From the NCBI RefSeq assembly GCF_006345805.1, contig NC_043006.1, positions 27,032,001 to 27,096,000 on the forward strand: a stretch of DNA of 64,000 nucleotides. Direction: 5' to 3'. The notes below the pieces were generated by a model. The model made no database searches. It was not told where the DNA came from and saw only the letters and a list, made by a program, of their open reading frames with translations. Made by a program: the position numbers and the translations under genes. The stretch is from Octopus sinensis. Its lineage: Eukaryota. Below are positions 10,201-23,858 of the stretch, in pieces (position 1 is the stretch's first letter; every line of letters begins with the position of its first letter).

Positions 10201-12666
10201 TTTATCTCTACCCTTTCACCAGATATTAAACCTGGAAATTTAAATTATCTGATGCCAATTTTATTTGATCAGAAATAAACAGAATGTTCAGAGAAGACAT
10301 TATTAAGCCAAGTCATTTGTTAACAGTAACAGCAAAAGGAAAGTAGTAGATTACTCCTAAATTATTAATAAACTCACCTTACTCAGATGACTTGGTTAAC
10401 AAAACATTTTACAAGAAAGTTATTATTGATTAATGTAGTACATGCTATTATGGCATTAATTCTTCATTTCAATCGTACAAATAAGTAGCATTGTGTTTCC
10501 ACTGAATTGTAGATAATGATGTTTGTGGAAATGAGTTGGAAAGCATATACAGCAATAAACATGGTAATACCACAGAGGAACATAATAAAAAAAAAAGAAG
10601 CTATCTAAATCATAGAAAGTTGATGACAGAATTCATGTCAGTGAACAACAATGAATGTAAATTATCAATTAAATCTGTCTGCATTCTAAGTTATCAAATT
10701 AGCCGTATTGAATTGTGTCACAAGTCACTCCTATTTAAGTCAGCTGAAAAATAAAAAAAAAACCATGCCTGAACCTGCTAATAAACAATCCTTATCTCAA
10801 ATAACTTGTGTTTGCTTATTTTTCCCAATGAGTTTCTCACTTTTCTGAAAAAAAATATAACCTCTTATTAATGACTTAAAAATAGTCATTTCAGAGGCTG
10901 CCATTAGAACTACAATTAATCAAGATGGCAGGCCTGTAGCACTCTTTTCTTGATACAGTTCCCTTGAGAAAAAGCATTGTTAGGTAGAGAAAAAGGCTTA
11001 TGAAATATCTGAGGTTATCAAAAGGTGACACTACTTTTTGTTAGGCAGACGATTTCCCTTAATAACTGATCAGAAATCAATGAGAAAGTATCATACAGAA
11101 GATCAGAACTCATACTATTCTGTTACATATCTTTTAAAATTCCCCAATTCTCTGCTAGCTTAGCATGACAAGGTTGATTGGCACATTTTGTTTCTAAATC
11201 TTTCATTTTAGTGGATGACATGCAATACATTTACAGAGTCCCCTGATACTATTATTCAAAACCCACATCAGTTCATCAGATGTATGCACTCTTTTGACTG
11301 CATACAAATTGATTTTTAAGGACCATCAAGTAATAAATTTCTGTTGATTGTTGCCAGTGAATATTTTCCTTAGCTTTTCCTTGTTGTGAATGGATGTTTT
11401 GCTGTGTACAACATTGGTAGATTCTTTTGGTAAGGCATCAAACGGTCCAGTTACTATTTTAGTGCAGGGAGAACTTGCAGTCAGTGCAATGCATGAAGAC
11501 TATTTTTGCTTTATGAAGGGTAAAGTAAAAGATGCCTTTGAATGGTATTTTTGCAAGAGTTGTGATAATAAATAAGAGGCATTTGGCAGAGGTGAGATAT
11601 TTTTTCAATACTTTGAAAAAAAAAAGTCACACATCCCTTCTACCAATGTGTACTGCTACAGTGTATCTAAGTAAACTAGTTTGGGATTTGAGTGATAAGC
11701 TTTGGTTATGTGAGGTATATGAGAGTCATACCTCAGAATATGGTTTTGATCACCTGCTTACTATTTGTCAAAGGGTGAAGGACATTTGTTGCCAGTTATA
11801 ATTAATTGGCTGTCAGAGTAGGTAGTCATGACTGAATACTGGTGATAGGATGTCATAGGTGTAGAGACAGTTGTAATTTAATAAAATTGAGATTAGAGGG
11901 TGTCTTTATGAAGATCAGAGATAAGTGTGAGTATCTAACTGCCTCACTTTCCCCATACAAACACACATGTGGTCCTTCTCCGGAACTACAATTCTCTTGA
12001 ACATTGACCTACAAATCAAATCAAACATTAATTGCATCATTCTTACTTGTTTGGGAGGAGTTGCAAAGGGCATAAATATTACCCTTCTTCCCTTTATTAA
12101 CTTATCTTTGAATTTCACCTCTTACGCGACACATAAATAGTCATATACTTTACATAAAAGGTAAGTACACAAACTCCCTAAACAAATTCCTTTTCTGGAT
12201 TACAACACTTGAATTCAAATTTCCTCATTGGCTGATCCTTTATAACAAATCACTAATTCCTCCCATACCTATTCTGATGAAACAATCCTCCATTCTGCTA
12301 GTTTGCTTTCAATGTTGGTCAGTATTATATATTAGTAGCCCTCATCAACATAAACACCTCTGTCAATGTAAATCTGGCAATATATTCATACAGAAACTTA
12401 AATTATTTATGGGAAGAACCACACTATATTATCAATTCTCACAGACAATTTTGAACATAAAAGAGTGTGGACCCTGTCAAAAAAAGACTTTGTCAAACTA
12501 AAAGATGTAAAATAGAATTTTTATTCTCTCTCACACAAACATACAAATGCATATTTCTTTTCACTGCAGTAGAAAAATAATCCATATTGATTTCAATATT
12601 CAAAAATTTTCAAAAGCAGAATAGAATGCAGAATGACTGAACTATTAATATATTAGAAATACTTAC

Positions 12667-12743
12667 ACTCAAATCTCTAAAATGCTCATTATAATCAAGA
12701 GCATATCCAACTACAAACTCATCAGGGATTTCAAAGCCTGTAA
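12667..12743 (-). CDS. HPRT1: HPRT coding exon 7 ([26 protein letters not shown])
   Basis: cttacag acceptor, gtaagt donor; 77 nt, as human exon 8; GYALDYNE motif. Confidence 0.98.
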
Positions 12744-13475
12744 CTGTAAGACATAATTACAAATAAATAAATAAAACACATTTCATATGGATACTGTATA
12801 ACCTGATGTAAAGAAAACAAAAAATGAGGAAGGGGATTAATCATTGCAATTATCACTAATATAACAAAACAATGAAAATATAAACACTGAAAAAAATGAT
12901 AGTATTTCATTTATAATTATCTCTAACTAAATAATTAAAGAGAAATCATTCTTCTTCCATTGTGAACATGAAAGAGAAGAGAAATTTACTTTACTAAATC
13001 TCATAATTTACAAATATTTACAGTCCATGCACATTAGTCTGAAGCTAAGTTTCAATTCAGAAATATAAACTTAGATTAATTGCTTGAATTTAAACAATCA
13101 TCAAAAACTCTTTCCTATGAAATTTGGCATTTTTGAAAACTTAGGCCTATTGAATTATTAAGCACTATAAATTTGAAGTCAAAGTATCAGACAACTTCCA
13201 CTTCATTATTAAATAGTAAATTTAATTTCAGACAAACAGTCTATTTTTCAACATTATATCATTTTATAAATCTAATCAAACACATTCCTACTTACTTCAA
13301 TTAACTATGCTAAATCACATTAATAGTCTTTTATAGTCTGAGTTCCTTCTCTTGCTAACATGAAGTCAGGTTAGAAGAAAGTGAAGGAAAATCCAGAACT
13401 CATGAAGGTAAGAAAGTGATTTTTACTGACTATCAAAAAAATTCATTACAAAAGATAATGGGGTGAATTACTCAC

Positions 13476-13522
13476 AGTCAGGTTTATATCCACAATTGCG
13501 AGCACTTCGCTTCACCAACAAG
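13476..13522 (-). CDS. HPRT1: HPRT coding exon 6 (LLVKRSARNCGYKPD)
   Basis: cttctag acceptor, gtgagt donor; 47 nt, as human exon 7 (LLVKRTPRSVGYKPD). Confidence 0.97.
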
Positions 13523-13887
13523 CTAGAAGTATTAACACACAAAAAAAAAAAAAGAAAGAAAGAATTGCTATGATTAGTCATTTAACAAATTCAGAATAAA
13601 GAAATTAAAGTTTAAATTATGTTCCAATGTAAACAAGTGTAAATTGATGGCATCTTAACTGTCTATTTGTGAAAAGATTTATTGAACAGCTTTAAGTTGT
13701 TCAATAAATTTGTTGACGGGAACAGAAGAAGTTTATTAGAATCTTTTTATTTCATTTGCAAAAGCTATCTATACAGAGCAAGCAATGTAGTGTTTCAGTT
13801 AGAAATAGTCATTCACAACTAGACAGACATAGGTATCATTGCTTTTGTTAGGAAGCTGGAGACCCAATGTCAAGGAAAGGTATATTA

Positions 13888-16064
13888 TACAAGTATACAA
13901 AATGATTTAAAGAAGAGATATCATTATCCAAATTCTCAACGACAAATACATCTATGATTAAAATGAACGTAGATGCACTATATTTGACCCTAGGTCAAAG
14001 TACAAATTCATTGAGTTCTAGTTTATTCAACTAACAACCAATTGTACAACCAATTTGGGAACCTTAATAGACACTTGAGTTGCTAAAAATAGCAGGCAAA
14101 TCACCCTAAAATCATTCCTTACTATTTTCAAACAAGAAGGACACACTAAACATACCGTATGGAAAAAAAAAAGATAAAAGTCATAAAAATGCTTTTCACC
14201 AAAGGTTAGTTCAACCATTGCTTTTCTTACTATTGTTAGCTGATTAGTGGAAATAAGTGCACTCAACTGTAAAAACAATTGCACCAGCAAAATGTAAAAG
14301 CATCTTACTAGCTTAGAAAAATATATTCATGTTGCACCCAAGTTTTTTTTAACTTTGCAACATAGTATCAGCTATGACTTTGTAATTTGAACACTTATTG
14401 TTTCCCCAAAATTCTTGATAACACATTTGAAGCTCACCCATGCCTGTTTTTGAAATTCGCTCATAGATTTCCCATAATCTGGACTAACAAATATTCCTGC
14501 TTTAATTTTCTCCCTGGTTATATTTGGGAATCTTTTTGAGAGATACTGCAAGCATGGTCCATCTGCAGGCAAAGATTTAATGAACTGTTTCATCAAACTC
14601 AGTTTGATGTGCAATGGTGATAGCAATACTTTTGTAGGTTCAATCAAGGGCTTATGCATAATGTTTTTGCCTCCAGGTAACAAACTTCTTTGTGGCCAGT
14701 TTTTAACCATTAACTCTGCTGTCCCATTCACATAAGAAACAATTTTGTGTAGCCTGCCTGCTGGCCTAAAAGCATGCCTATAATTTTGAAATTTCTGCAC
14801 ACTTGCCAGCGGTATTCTGCATACTTTATATTTAACAAAAGTTCATTTTATATGTCTCCTTTAGTTGTACAGAATGTGCCACTGGAACGGATGAAGACTT
14901 ATTTCCTTTGTTTATCAAGACAGCCTTCAAACGCTTTTTGGAGGAATCAATGAATAGCCTCTGTTCTAAGGGATTGCTTTCAATCTCAAAATAGTTTAGC
15001 AGGTTTGGAATATTACGGCAAAACACCAGATTCATCCTGAGCAAAGAATGGTAACAACTCGTGTTTCCTGTGATGGTACCAAGAGAAGGTTCCCCGGTAA
15101 CAAAAGCTTTTTCGTTGTTAGCCTAGAACCAAGAAGTTCCACTGCATCCTTCGGTAGGTTCAAATCTCTCACCAAATCAGTGAGCCCTTCCTTTGTAAAT
15201 AACTTTTGACTTTGTCAGGAGTGTAGTCATCACCTTCACATTTATCTTCTTCATCACAATCTGATGTAACATTCTTCAAAGCAAATGTGTGGACAGGAAC
15301 TCGAATGATAACCCCATGTGCAATAGGCCGTATAACCAAGGGAATACTACGATACACTATCTTATGTTCATTTTTTGCACTGTACCTATCAACTTTAGTA
15401 ATGCAGAAATAACAATCAACAGCGTGGTTACTTGGCTCTCACCATGCCATTGGTATTCCAAAATGCATTTCATCTTTCCTACCAGCTTTCCAGAGTGTCA
15501 GCCCTTCCGTGAAGCCCAAGGTTTGTTTTCATAACCGAGTTGAACACCAAAATAAGCAAAGTATAGACTTGTTACAAGATCAGTTATATTTTGCCCCTGC
15601 TTAATGACAACATATCTGTCACAAATGCAGCAGAATATGACTGGATTGTTCACGCACTTACATCTATATGTACACATTTTAAATGGAGTTTATACGTAAA
15701 TATCACAACTGATTTCTGAAACTACTAAAACAACACTAAAGCGTCAGTTAGCAATCATGTACACAGCATTTCAAGGTCACATCATCCATCAGAGTTGCCA
15801 ACAACTGTTTGATTGGCTGCTATTTTACTTTTACTAATATTAGGTGAGCATTGGTTTATAGTAATCTATTTTGTTCAGCAAAATAAATCAGATAATTACT
15901 GTCATCTGATTTTCTGGTACCATAATACAGAAAAAAATCAAAGCTTCATTACAGAAAAACTAGACCTAATGGAGAAAAACTAATAACATATCTGAAATCA
16001 GCATTAAAAATTATCCTAAAAAGTTATGTAGACATTTAAACATCAAAAATCATGCAGACTTGTG
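13888..16064 (-). mobile_element. Degraded CMC-superfamily (Chapaev3-like) DNA transposon filling HPRT intron 5
   Basis: Minus-strand transposase remnants EPSNHAVDCYFC, RPIAHG, RLFIDSSK..LKAVL, LSPLHIKLSLMKQFIKSL, KIKAGIFV; degenerate TIRs TACAAGTATACAAAATGATT (13888) and ATCATGCAGACTTGTG (ending 16064). The family name is from memory of these motifs. Confidence 0.7.
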
Positions 16065-16164
16065 TAATCTATTCATTCTGGGATCAGTAGAATTGTTTTA
16101 AAAAAGGAAATTGAAATGATGAACTAAAATTTACAAAAGCACTTTTGAGAATAAAAATATTTAC

Positions 16165-16265
16165 CTGGCTACTTTAACACACTTTGGTTCATGCTTAGCA
16201 AGCAATTCCTTTAGTTTGATCATAGTTCCACCAGTATCTATAATATCTTCTACTACGAGAACACA
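16165..16265 (-). CDS. HPRT1: HPRT coding exon 5 (CVLVVEDIIDTGGTMIKLKELLAKHEPKCVKVAS)
   Basis: atttcacag acceptor, CAG|gtaaat donor; 101 nt = human exons 5+6 (18+83); PRPP-binding motif VLVVEDIIDTGGT. Confidence 0.98.
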
Positions 16266-16699
16266 CTGTGAAATAGAGATTTAATAAGCTACTGATGACC
16301 ATTAAAGCGTAAGAAATATTTGAATGACAAATATAGAAAGAAATAATAGAGATGAAACTGGAAATAAGGAAGACATATTCGATTTTATATCAAGCATATG
16401 CAATGCAAGCAGTTTCTTTAGAAAATGCTACATTTTCATCTTACAAAAGAAAGTTAATATTAATAGTCAATGACAGAAAATGATGGGTTGAAGAAAATAG
16501 ATCTTTATATCTGAAAATATATACAATAAAATATATCTAAAAATTTCTTTTTTATTTCTCTCTTGTTCTCACATATGGAAGAACCTCCGTCTATTGATCA
16601 TTGAAAAGGTCCAAGAAAATCAAAACATGTCCGTTGACATAACTAGGACTGTTCAAAAGATGAGAATGTTCATTTTTTAAAATGTTAATTTAACATTGA

Positions 16700-18060
16700 A
16701 CTGAATGAGATGCTTGTTGTTAGTGGTAGCAGCTTCCTGAACTTTTCCAGCCTCTTTTTACCATGGCTACTATACTTTGGAGTAACGATCTCTCCTGCTT
16801 ATTATGTCTCCAAGAAAATAAAAGCTATCATCTACTCCTAGTGAGTCATCAATGCATTTAAGAGAATCTACTTCTAGTTTGCTCATAGTATATACTGCTC
16901 CTGTGCATCCTTCACAGATAAAAATTCACTCCCTGTTAGTCTACCTGTGGTTCCACTACACCGCTTACGTGTCCATAGCTTATATTGAGTATAGCGTACG
17001 GAGTTTATGCCTACACTTTTTCTGCATATCAAGCAAGACCTTGAAGATACTAGGGTCCTGTCTTCTTTCCTGCTAAGTTTACCTTAAGACCTCATGATTG
17101 TAGGTTTAGCTTCCATTTCCTCCTTTAATTCCACTGAAGATTCTACTATGAAAACTTGATCATCAACATATAGGAGTTCTCATGGACAACCAGTTTTAAA
17201 CTCCTCTGTGATGGCTTGTAGGAATGTGATGAATAGAAGAGGGTTGAAGACTAAGCGTTGATGGACTCCTATTTTCATGTTAATTTATCACTGAAAGTGT
17301 TGACTCTTACTGCATCTTTGCACATTGCTTGTACAGCCCTCACAAGCCATTCACATATGCTTAGTTTCTTTATTGACCACCAAATTACTGAACATGGCAA
17401 CATGTCAAGTACTTTCTCAAAGACAATGAATGCCAGGAATAGTGATTTAATCTTATTTAGGTATTTCTCTTGCAGTTTCATCACAAGGAAGATTGCACCT
17501 GTGGTACTTACTTTGGGCACAAAGCCAAATGGCATCACACCTGAGTTTTATATCATGGGTCAATTCAGCTATGACGCTCTCCATGACTTTCATAATCTAA
17601 CCCAGTAGTTTGGTTCCTCTGTTGTTTCCTCTCGTTAAGGCATCTCCTTTGATTTTGTAGCAGTTTACAACCATACTGCAATGTCTGTTATTGGATATGA
17701 CACCTTATATAACTGGATTAGCTAACTCACCAAATATTTTGAACATCTCTGCAAATATTCCAGATGGAGTCACACGTTTCCCACACTTCACATCCTTAAT
17801 TGCTTTATCTACCACATTGCTGTATCATCAGGAGGTAGGCCTGCTTTATCCTAGGAATTCTTTATATTCAGCTAGCCTCTCCTAATAGCATTTCCATGTC
17901 ATTTTCTCGTCTTCTAAATCCATGGTGAGCTTGCCAGCATCATTCTGAATATACTTCTCACCAATGATTTCTCAATTATCTCTACTACACTATCTGGCAC
18001 ACCTTTGATTCTCATGTTACAGGACATCTGCAAATTTTTACCTTTTGCTTCATGCAATAT
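16700..18060 (-). mobile_element. Degraded RTE LINE RT fragment (HPRT intron 4)
   Basis: ORF 17275-17538: FGFVPKVSTTGAIFLVMKLQEKYL...FEKVLD...IWWSIKKL, homologous to the 63500-63700 RT. Confidence 0.85.
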
Positions 18061-18266
18061 CAAGACAAGAAGAGACAAATATACACGTACTCACTATCAC
18101 ACACACGTCTGTATGTATGGAACATACATGCATGAGAGTGTGTGATTTTGTGTCTCCTTTTTCTTGACAGCACATGATAGTTGTAAATGAATGTCACTGT
18201 CATTCGTTTCCAATATTCTGCTTTAAACATATCTAACAATGGGGAAATATATTTAACTTAAAATTA

Positions 18267-19794
18267 CTGTAAAAACCCATGTAATTTGTGCACCTGTGTA
18301 ATTTATGCAGGTGATTTTCAAGATAAAAATTGTTAAAAAAAAAAGCTTCTACTCACGTAAAATTCACACCCAAAAGTTTTCAGAATTGCCAGTATGGCCA
18401 GGTAGAAAAGGTCTTAGTTGTATTTAGCATAATTTCACTTACTTATGATTAGATTTTATTAAATTTTCATTAAATAAAAATAATTTCTGCTTAACAGGTG
18501 TCACATTGACAGATATTAAATTGCGAGGTGTTTGTGTTGTTTATAATAAACTTTATTTTATATTTCTTGCCCACAAGAGATTATATCCAATCTTTAGCAT
18601 ACTTCTGTATGTCATCTCAAATCACGATCACAAGAAAAGTTTTTGATAATTCTTATCAACAAAAACAAAGCTGATAAATATGCACAAGTGTTGCAAAATA
18701 AGTTTAATTACCAATGAACATCAGCTTGGATGACACTTTACTCAATCAACACAGGAAGGTGACTGATCAAACTGATTATGTAAACAGAATTCTGATTGGT
18801 CGAAAGTGTCTTGTCTCAAGCTCTGATTTTCTGCCTATTCTTGTCGGAACCTTTGATACAGAGTATTGAAATTTTAATCCCTTTCACACTTATAAAATGT
18901 CAAACAAACTTAAAAATTTGTCATTACTGTTTTAGCTGGGAGACCAAACTGATAGTTTGGTAACCAACCAAAATAAAGAGCTTTGCAAGTTTAACTCAGT
19001 GTTTATTGAACAAGAGAGGTGTGAAATTTAAGAAGCGACTCGTTAGAATATACACTTCTACGAGGAGACATAAACAAGAATAGCAAAAATCTGCTATACC
19101 AAAAGAACTGCTAATACATACATTACAAGTGTTCTATGAAGAGAACATAAGATTGCAGCATAATTCAACATGAATATGAAATGACATTAAACATCGTATA
19201 AGGTAAATGAAGGTTTCTGTAGGAATGCTAAGTCATATTCACTTAGTGAGTTTACATGCGCAAGGATGAATTATGATGTTGATGTTAGATGCAGTAAGAC
19301 CTGATAGTGGCGATATCAGCAGTGAGAAGTTTCATTGTGCCGTAACGTAGTGAAAGCAAGCAAATAGCTTCCTGGTGCAAATGCAAGCTAGACTCCCTAA
19401 GTAGAGAAAAACTGATCTATTTAAGGAATTGCTGGGTTCCATTGCTATGGGTAGAAACTCAAAGCAATGTAAAATATGGCTCAGACCGTGATTACCAGCA
19501 TGAATGTCAAACTTCAAAAAGTAGTTAACCATTTAATGGTTTTAGTAAATTTATACAGTAAAAGTAAGCATTATACCACTCAGCATAAATAAAAGACTAC
19601 TTCATTACATTTTTTCTGTATTCTGACATTAAATGAGTCAACTTCCCATACGAATATTTACATTTGTAAGTCCTTTTCCAACAAAAAAATTTCTAAAAAA
19701 ATTCTGGAAATGATCTACTCATGTAATTTATGCCCCCGCTAAAGTTTTTATTTTTTTGTGAAAAAAAGTGCATAAATTACATGGGGTTTTACAA
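18267..19794. mobile_element. Non-autonomous TIR DNA transposon (pogo/Tc1-mariner-like ends), ~1.5 kb
   Basis: Left CTGTAAAAACCCATGTAATTTGTGCAC after TA vs right GTGCATAAATTACATGGGGTTTTACA; subterminal GTAATTTATGC repeats at both ends; no intact ORF. Confidence 0.7.
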
Positions 19795-20063
19795 AGACCT
19801 AATATCTTAGCTTTTAGTATCATCATTTCCTCCTTTATTTTCAGGAATATTTTCTTAGATCATTATTACTTGAAGTTCTAGGAGTCACTGATTGTTAAAA
19901 TTTAATGCACTGTCAAATTTCTATTTACCTTCTTATCTGTGACATATGAAAAAGTTTCCACTTTTCCAGAATTTATCTGGAAATAATTTTGATAAAAGAA
20001 GAAATGAAAATAATTTTTTACATTCAAAGTTGTTTTCTGTAAAAAAAAAAATTCTCCACTCAC

Positions 20064-20129
20064 TTTGCCTTTTAAATTTTCCAGTCGGTCACCACCAATA
20101 ACTTGAATGGAACCTTGAGATTTGTCATT
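20064..20129 (-). CDS. HPRT1: HPRT coding exon 4 (NDKSQGSIQVIGGDRLENLKGK)
   Basis: ctctttcag acceptor, AAA|gtgagt donor; 66 nt, as human exon 4 ([22 protein letters not shown]). Confidence 0.97.
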
Positions 20130-20199
20130 CTGAAAGAGATTGTGAAAAGTAAGCAAATTATTATTTCTTGAAGGAAAACTATAGAAATGTAAAGGATTT

Positions 20200-21900
20200 G
20201 TGTAACTATCAACATTCTGTACAGAGTGTACTGGATGCTTTTTTTTTCTTTTTTGTGGCACCAACACTAGTGAGGTCATTGTGTCAAGTCCAAGTCTAAA
20301 AGAATAAAAGACAGAGGGGGACACAGAGAGAGGCTAAAATTATAAGAGGAACAAATGTATAGTTGGGACAGCATCATAGCATAGAGAGAAACAGAGAAGA
20401 AAGTGTATGGAAAGAAAAGGGGAAAGGAGTCAGAGATTAGTATCAGGTGTTAGTGAGAAAGGGAGGGATGAAGTGGTAGGGGTGATTTTCCTAAAGGCAT
20501 CAGTTTTTCCTTATTTTCTACGTATAGCTTTAGTCTTGGTTAAGTTTACCTTAAGATGCCTCAATTCCAGGTTTTGCTACCATGTTTGGAATTTCTTCTT
20601 CAAATCCTCCACAGATTTCACTGTAAAACAAGGTCATTAGCATACAGAAGTTCCCAGGGACATCCACTTTTGAACTCCTGTTATGACTTGGAGGATTATA
20701 ATAAAAAAGAAAGGAACCCTACCTGCATGCTAAATTCATTACTGAACTCATTAACTCTCACCTTGCTGGCTGCATCTATGTACATATCTTGTACATCCCT
20801 CCCTAGTCATTCATCTACCCTTAACTCCCAAGTGCCCACCAGATGACAAAGCAAGGCACCCTGTTTAAAGCCTTCTCCACGTCAACAAATACCAGGTACA
20901 GAGGATTACTTATTACTTCTAGCTAAGTCTTTTTCTTGCAGCTGTCTCACTATGAAGATAAACTAAGCAGTATCTCATCTTGGCTAATCCTGTTCCAAAT
21001 CAATTTTGAAAACTCTTTCTGTAACTTTTATGACCTGGTCCAACAGTTTGATGTCTCTGTAATTTCATCTGTCCAGAGCATCTGATTTTATAACAGTTTG
21101 CAATAATGCTGCTACAACAGTCACTGGTATTACCTGACTGACTATTCAGGTGATTAAACCATAGCCTACCTCACTTAATATTTTAAGGATCTCAGCAACT
21201 ATTTTCTATGGGCTAGATGCTTTCCTTGCCATCACATCCTTACCTGCCTTATCTACCATACTACTGTCAACCTGAATGGCCAATTCACTCTCTTTGGTCT
21301 ACTTGGGGTAAACTCTGGCTCTCCCATGCAATTGTCACATGCAGTTTCACACCTCTTTCTTTTCAGTGTCAGTGTGTGATTAAACTACTCTCTGATGAGA
21401 GCTTAATTGTCTCTAGTACACTGTCTTGCTATTTTGAACACCTTGCAAATCTGATCTGTGCACCAAAAAAGCATGTGCAATTCTACCTGATGTCAAACTT
21501 TTACTCCTGTCATTTCCTTTCATCCAGTTTGCCAAAGCTTGTCTCATCATTTATAACCCTATGAACAATGCTATCCCACCACTATGCCACATTTTGTCTG
21601 TCTGAGGCCAGTGATAAAGCTAGAGTGTGGTCAGCCCAGGATACCCATTGAGTTTGGTGCCTCTTCCTGCCCTCTACATAGGTATATACAGCAGACCCAA
21701 AAGTGCCATTCTCATAAAAGTATCACCTGGAGCAGACATTAACTCCAGCTGTGCCACAAACTGAAACCTTGCTCCAACTACACATCTGGTCCATGGTCTT
21801 TAGCAAGTTATCCAGTAGAAACTCCCAGTTTTCCTCTACATTTTATCTCCTCATTCATCAGATGCTTCAAGTAGAACTCTTAGCCTCTAATTTACTGGCT
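20200..21900 (-). mobile_element. Degraded RTE LINE fragments (HPRT intron 3)
   Basis: Tail motif at ~20200-20290 and RT-region homology (acagtttgatgtctctgtaatt) at ~20900-21750. Confidence 0.65.
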
Positions 21901-22399
21901 GCCTCTTTGAGCGTTCATGTGTGTGTGTTTGTGTACACACACACATACTTATAAAAAGTTCTTTGGTTACATAAGAATTTTTTTCATCCTGCTAATCTTG
22001 TAAATTGAGTTGCTTTCACCTTGTATGTTAGAAATCAATATGTACAGTCCTGAAAATTTTCTGAGGAAAAGTTCTCTTCAGTATAACATTATGTTGTTAT
22101 GTGTGCATATATATATTAATACATATACATGAAGTATGCACCTTTAAATTGAATGTGTATGAGAACATACAGGATTAAATATTTGTTACTTCTCACTTCT
22201 GAATTTTAACTGGTTATTATTATACACTTCACAACAGTGTTTCCTGGATTTTCAGGGGCATGGTAAATCCCTATATAATGTGCAGTAGCAATGTATCCCT
22301 TCTGTAGTAGGTCACCTATGTTTGTCCCTCTACCATACTTAGCCTTGGCTTAAAGCCACTTCATCACATTCAAATCACTCTCCATTATCTAGTAGTGGG

Positions 22400-22640
22400 A
22401 GATTTTCTGCTATCATTCTCTTGCAAGTTACATGGTAACCACACTTGTGCCAGTGACATGAAAAAGTACCCAATGCATGCTAAAATAGTTGGCATTAGGA
22501 AGGGCATCCAGCTGTAGAAACCATACCAAAGCTGACACTGGATATTGGCACATCTCTGTGGCTCACTGTATCCAGTCAAACCATCCAACCCATGCTAGCA
22601 TGGAAAATACACCTTAAATGATGATAATGATATATATATA
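22400..22640 (+). mobile_element. RTE LINE 3' tail copy
   Basis: gttggcattaggaagggcatccagctgtagaaacc...catgctagcatggaaa...(GAT)n. Confidence 0.85.
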
Positions 22641-22887
22641 TATATACTAACACACACAGACAAATCATCATCATTATTATAATAATCATTTTGATATCCA
22701 CTTTTCCATACTTAAATGAGTGAGATAGATGGAAAGGCAATTTTGAAGATTTATCTGGTTCAAATTACAGAAAAATATATTTTAGAAATTTTAAAACTAA
22801 GGAATTTCAGTATATTCTTCATAAAAAATTATTTCTTTATTTTTATTTATCATTTTTTTCAGCAGTAATTTGATATGGATTACTTAC

Positions 22888-23080
22888 CTTATAGCTTTGT
22901 AAACGGATGAAATCAATAGAAATTGGGATGGATTCTTCACTGTTGCGATTTAACTGTTTAATCTTATCTAACAAATCAGCGAAGAACTTATAGCCTCCTT
23001 TTAGTACACACAGAACCACAATTCCTCGATTTTCTTGAGGGATTATATCTTGAACAATATCACGAGCTATTCGTTCAATT
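22888..23080 (-). CDS. HPRT1: HPRT coding exon 3 ([64 protein letters not shown])
   Basis: ttttatag acceptor, AAG|gtaagt donor; 193 nt; contains CVLKGG and the flexible-loop SY motif. Confidence 0.98.
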
Positions 23081-23858
23081 CTATAAAATTATATAATATA
23101 AAATGTATTTTTAGATAAGGATTAAACATCATTTAAATAAAAATATAAGACAACAGCCCTTATGGTTTTTGAATTACTTACAGCAGCAGATATCCCACTG
23201 TAATTACTTCACAAGTCATGTTTGAATAAAGCTGAGTTTTGTTTATATAATAATTGTTCCTTCCACATACTAACTACATAAATTACTTCATTAAATTCCT
23301 AGTTTCATTTATTTCATTTATTCATTTTAACATTATCAGTCTAAAGAATATGACCAATAATAACACAAAATAAGGAAAATCATTTGATGACAACATTACA
23401 AAAGAAATGTACAACTATATTCCAAATGCTAAGGAACATCCTAAGACCACAATCTCACACCACCTTTCAGCTAAAGTTTTCTGATAGATCAATTCATCTA
23501 CACACACGCGCGCACACACAAACTTTTTCCCAAGCTAGCTTAAGCAAAACACTACACAACTGAATAGTTACATATTGTAAGACTAATAGGTTTTAATGCT
23601 GGAGCCCTTCTTTCTTTTAACATCATGTCATAAAATATGAGTGAATCTAATTGACAGTTGGATAAACTGAGATAGTTAAAACAATATTATCTATCCAGAG
23701 GTACAATACCACAGCTATTGTAAGATATACAATTCTCAGTGATGGAGCAAACACAGATTCTAATATCCCTGTATATACTTAATTGAATATTTCTAAACAT
23801 TTGTAATGTTTTAAGTAATTAATAAACTGAATTTCAGAACATGAGAAAAAAAAAACTT

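Noticed and set aside
10900-12130. Transposase or host exon in intron 7
   Set aside because: Looks like decayed repeat, but I could not recover any diagnostic motif.
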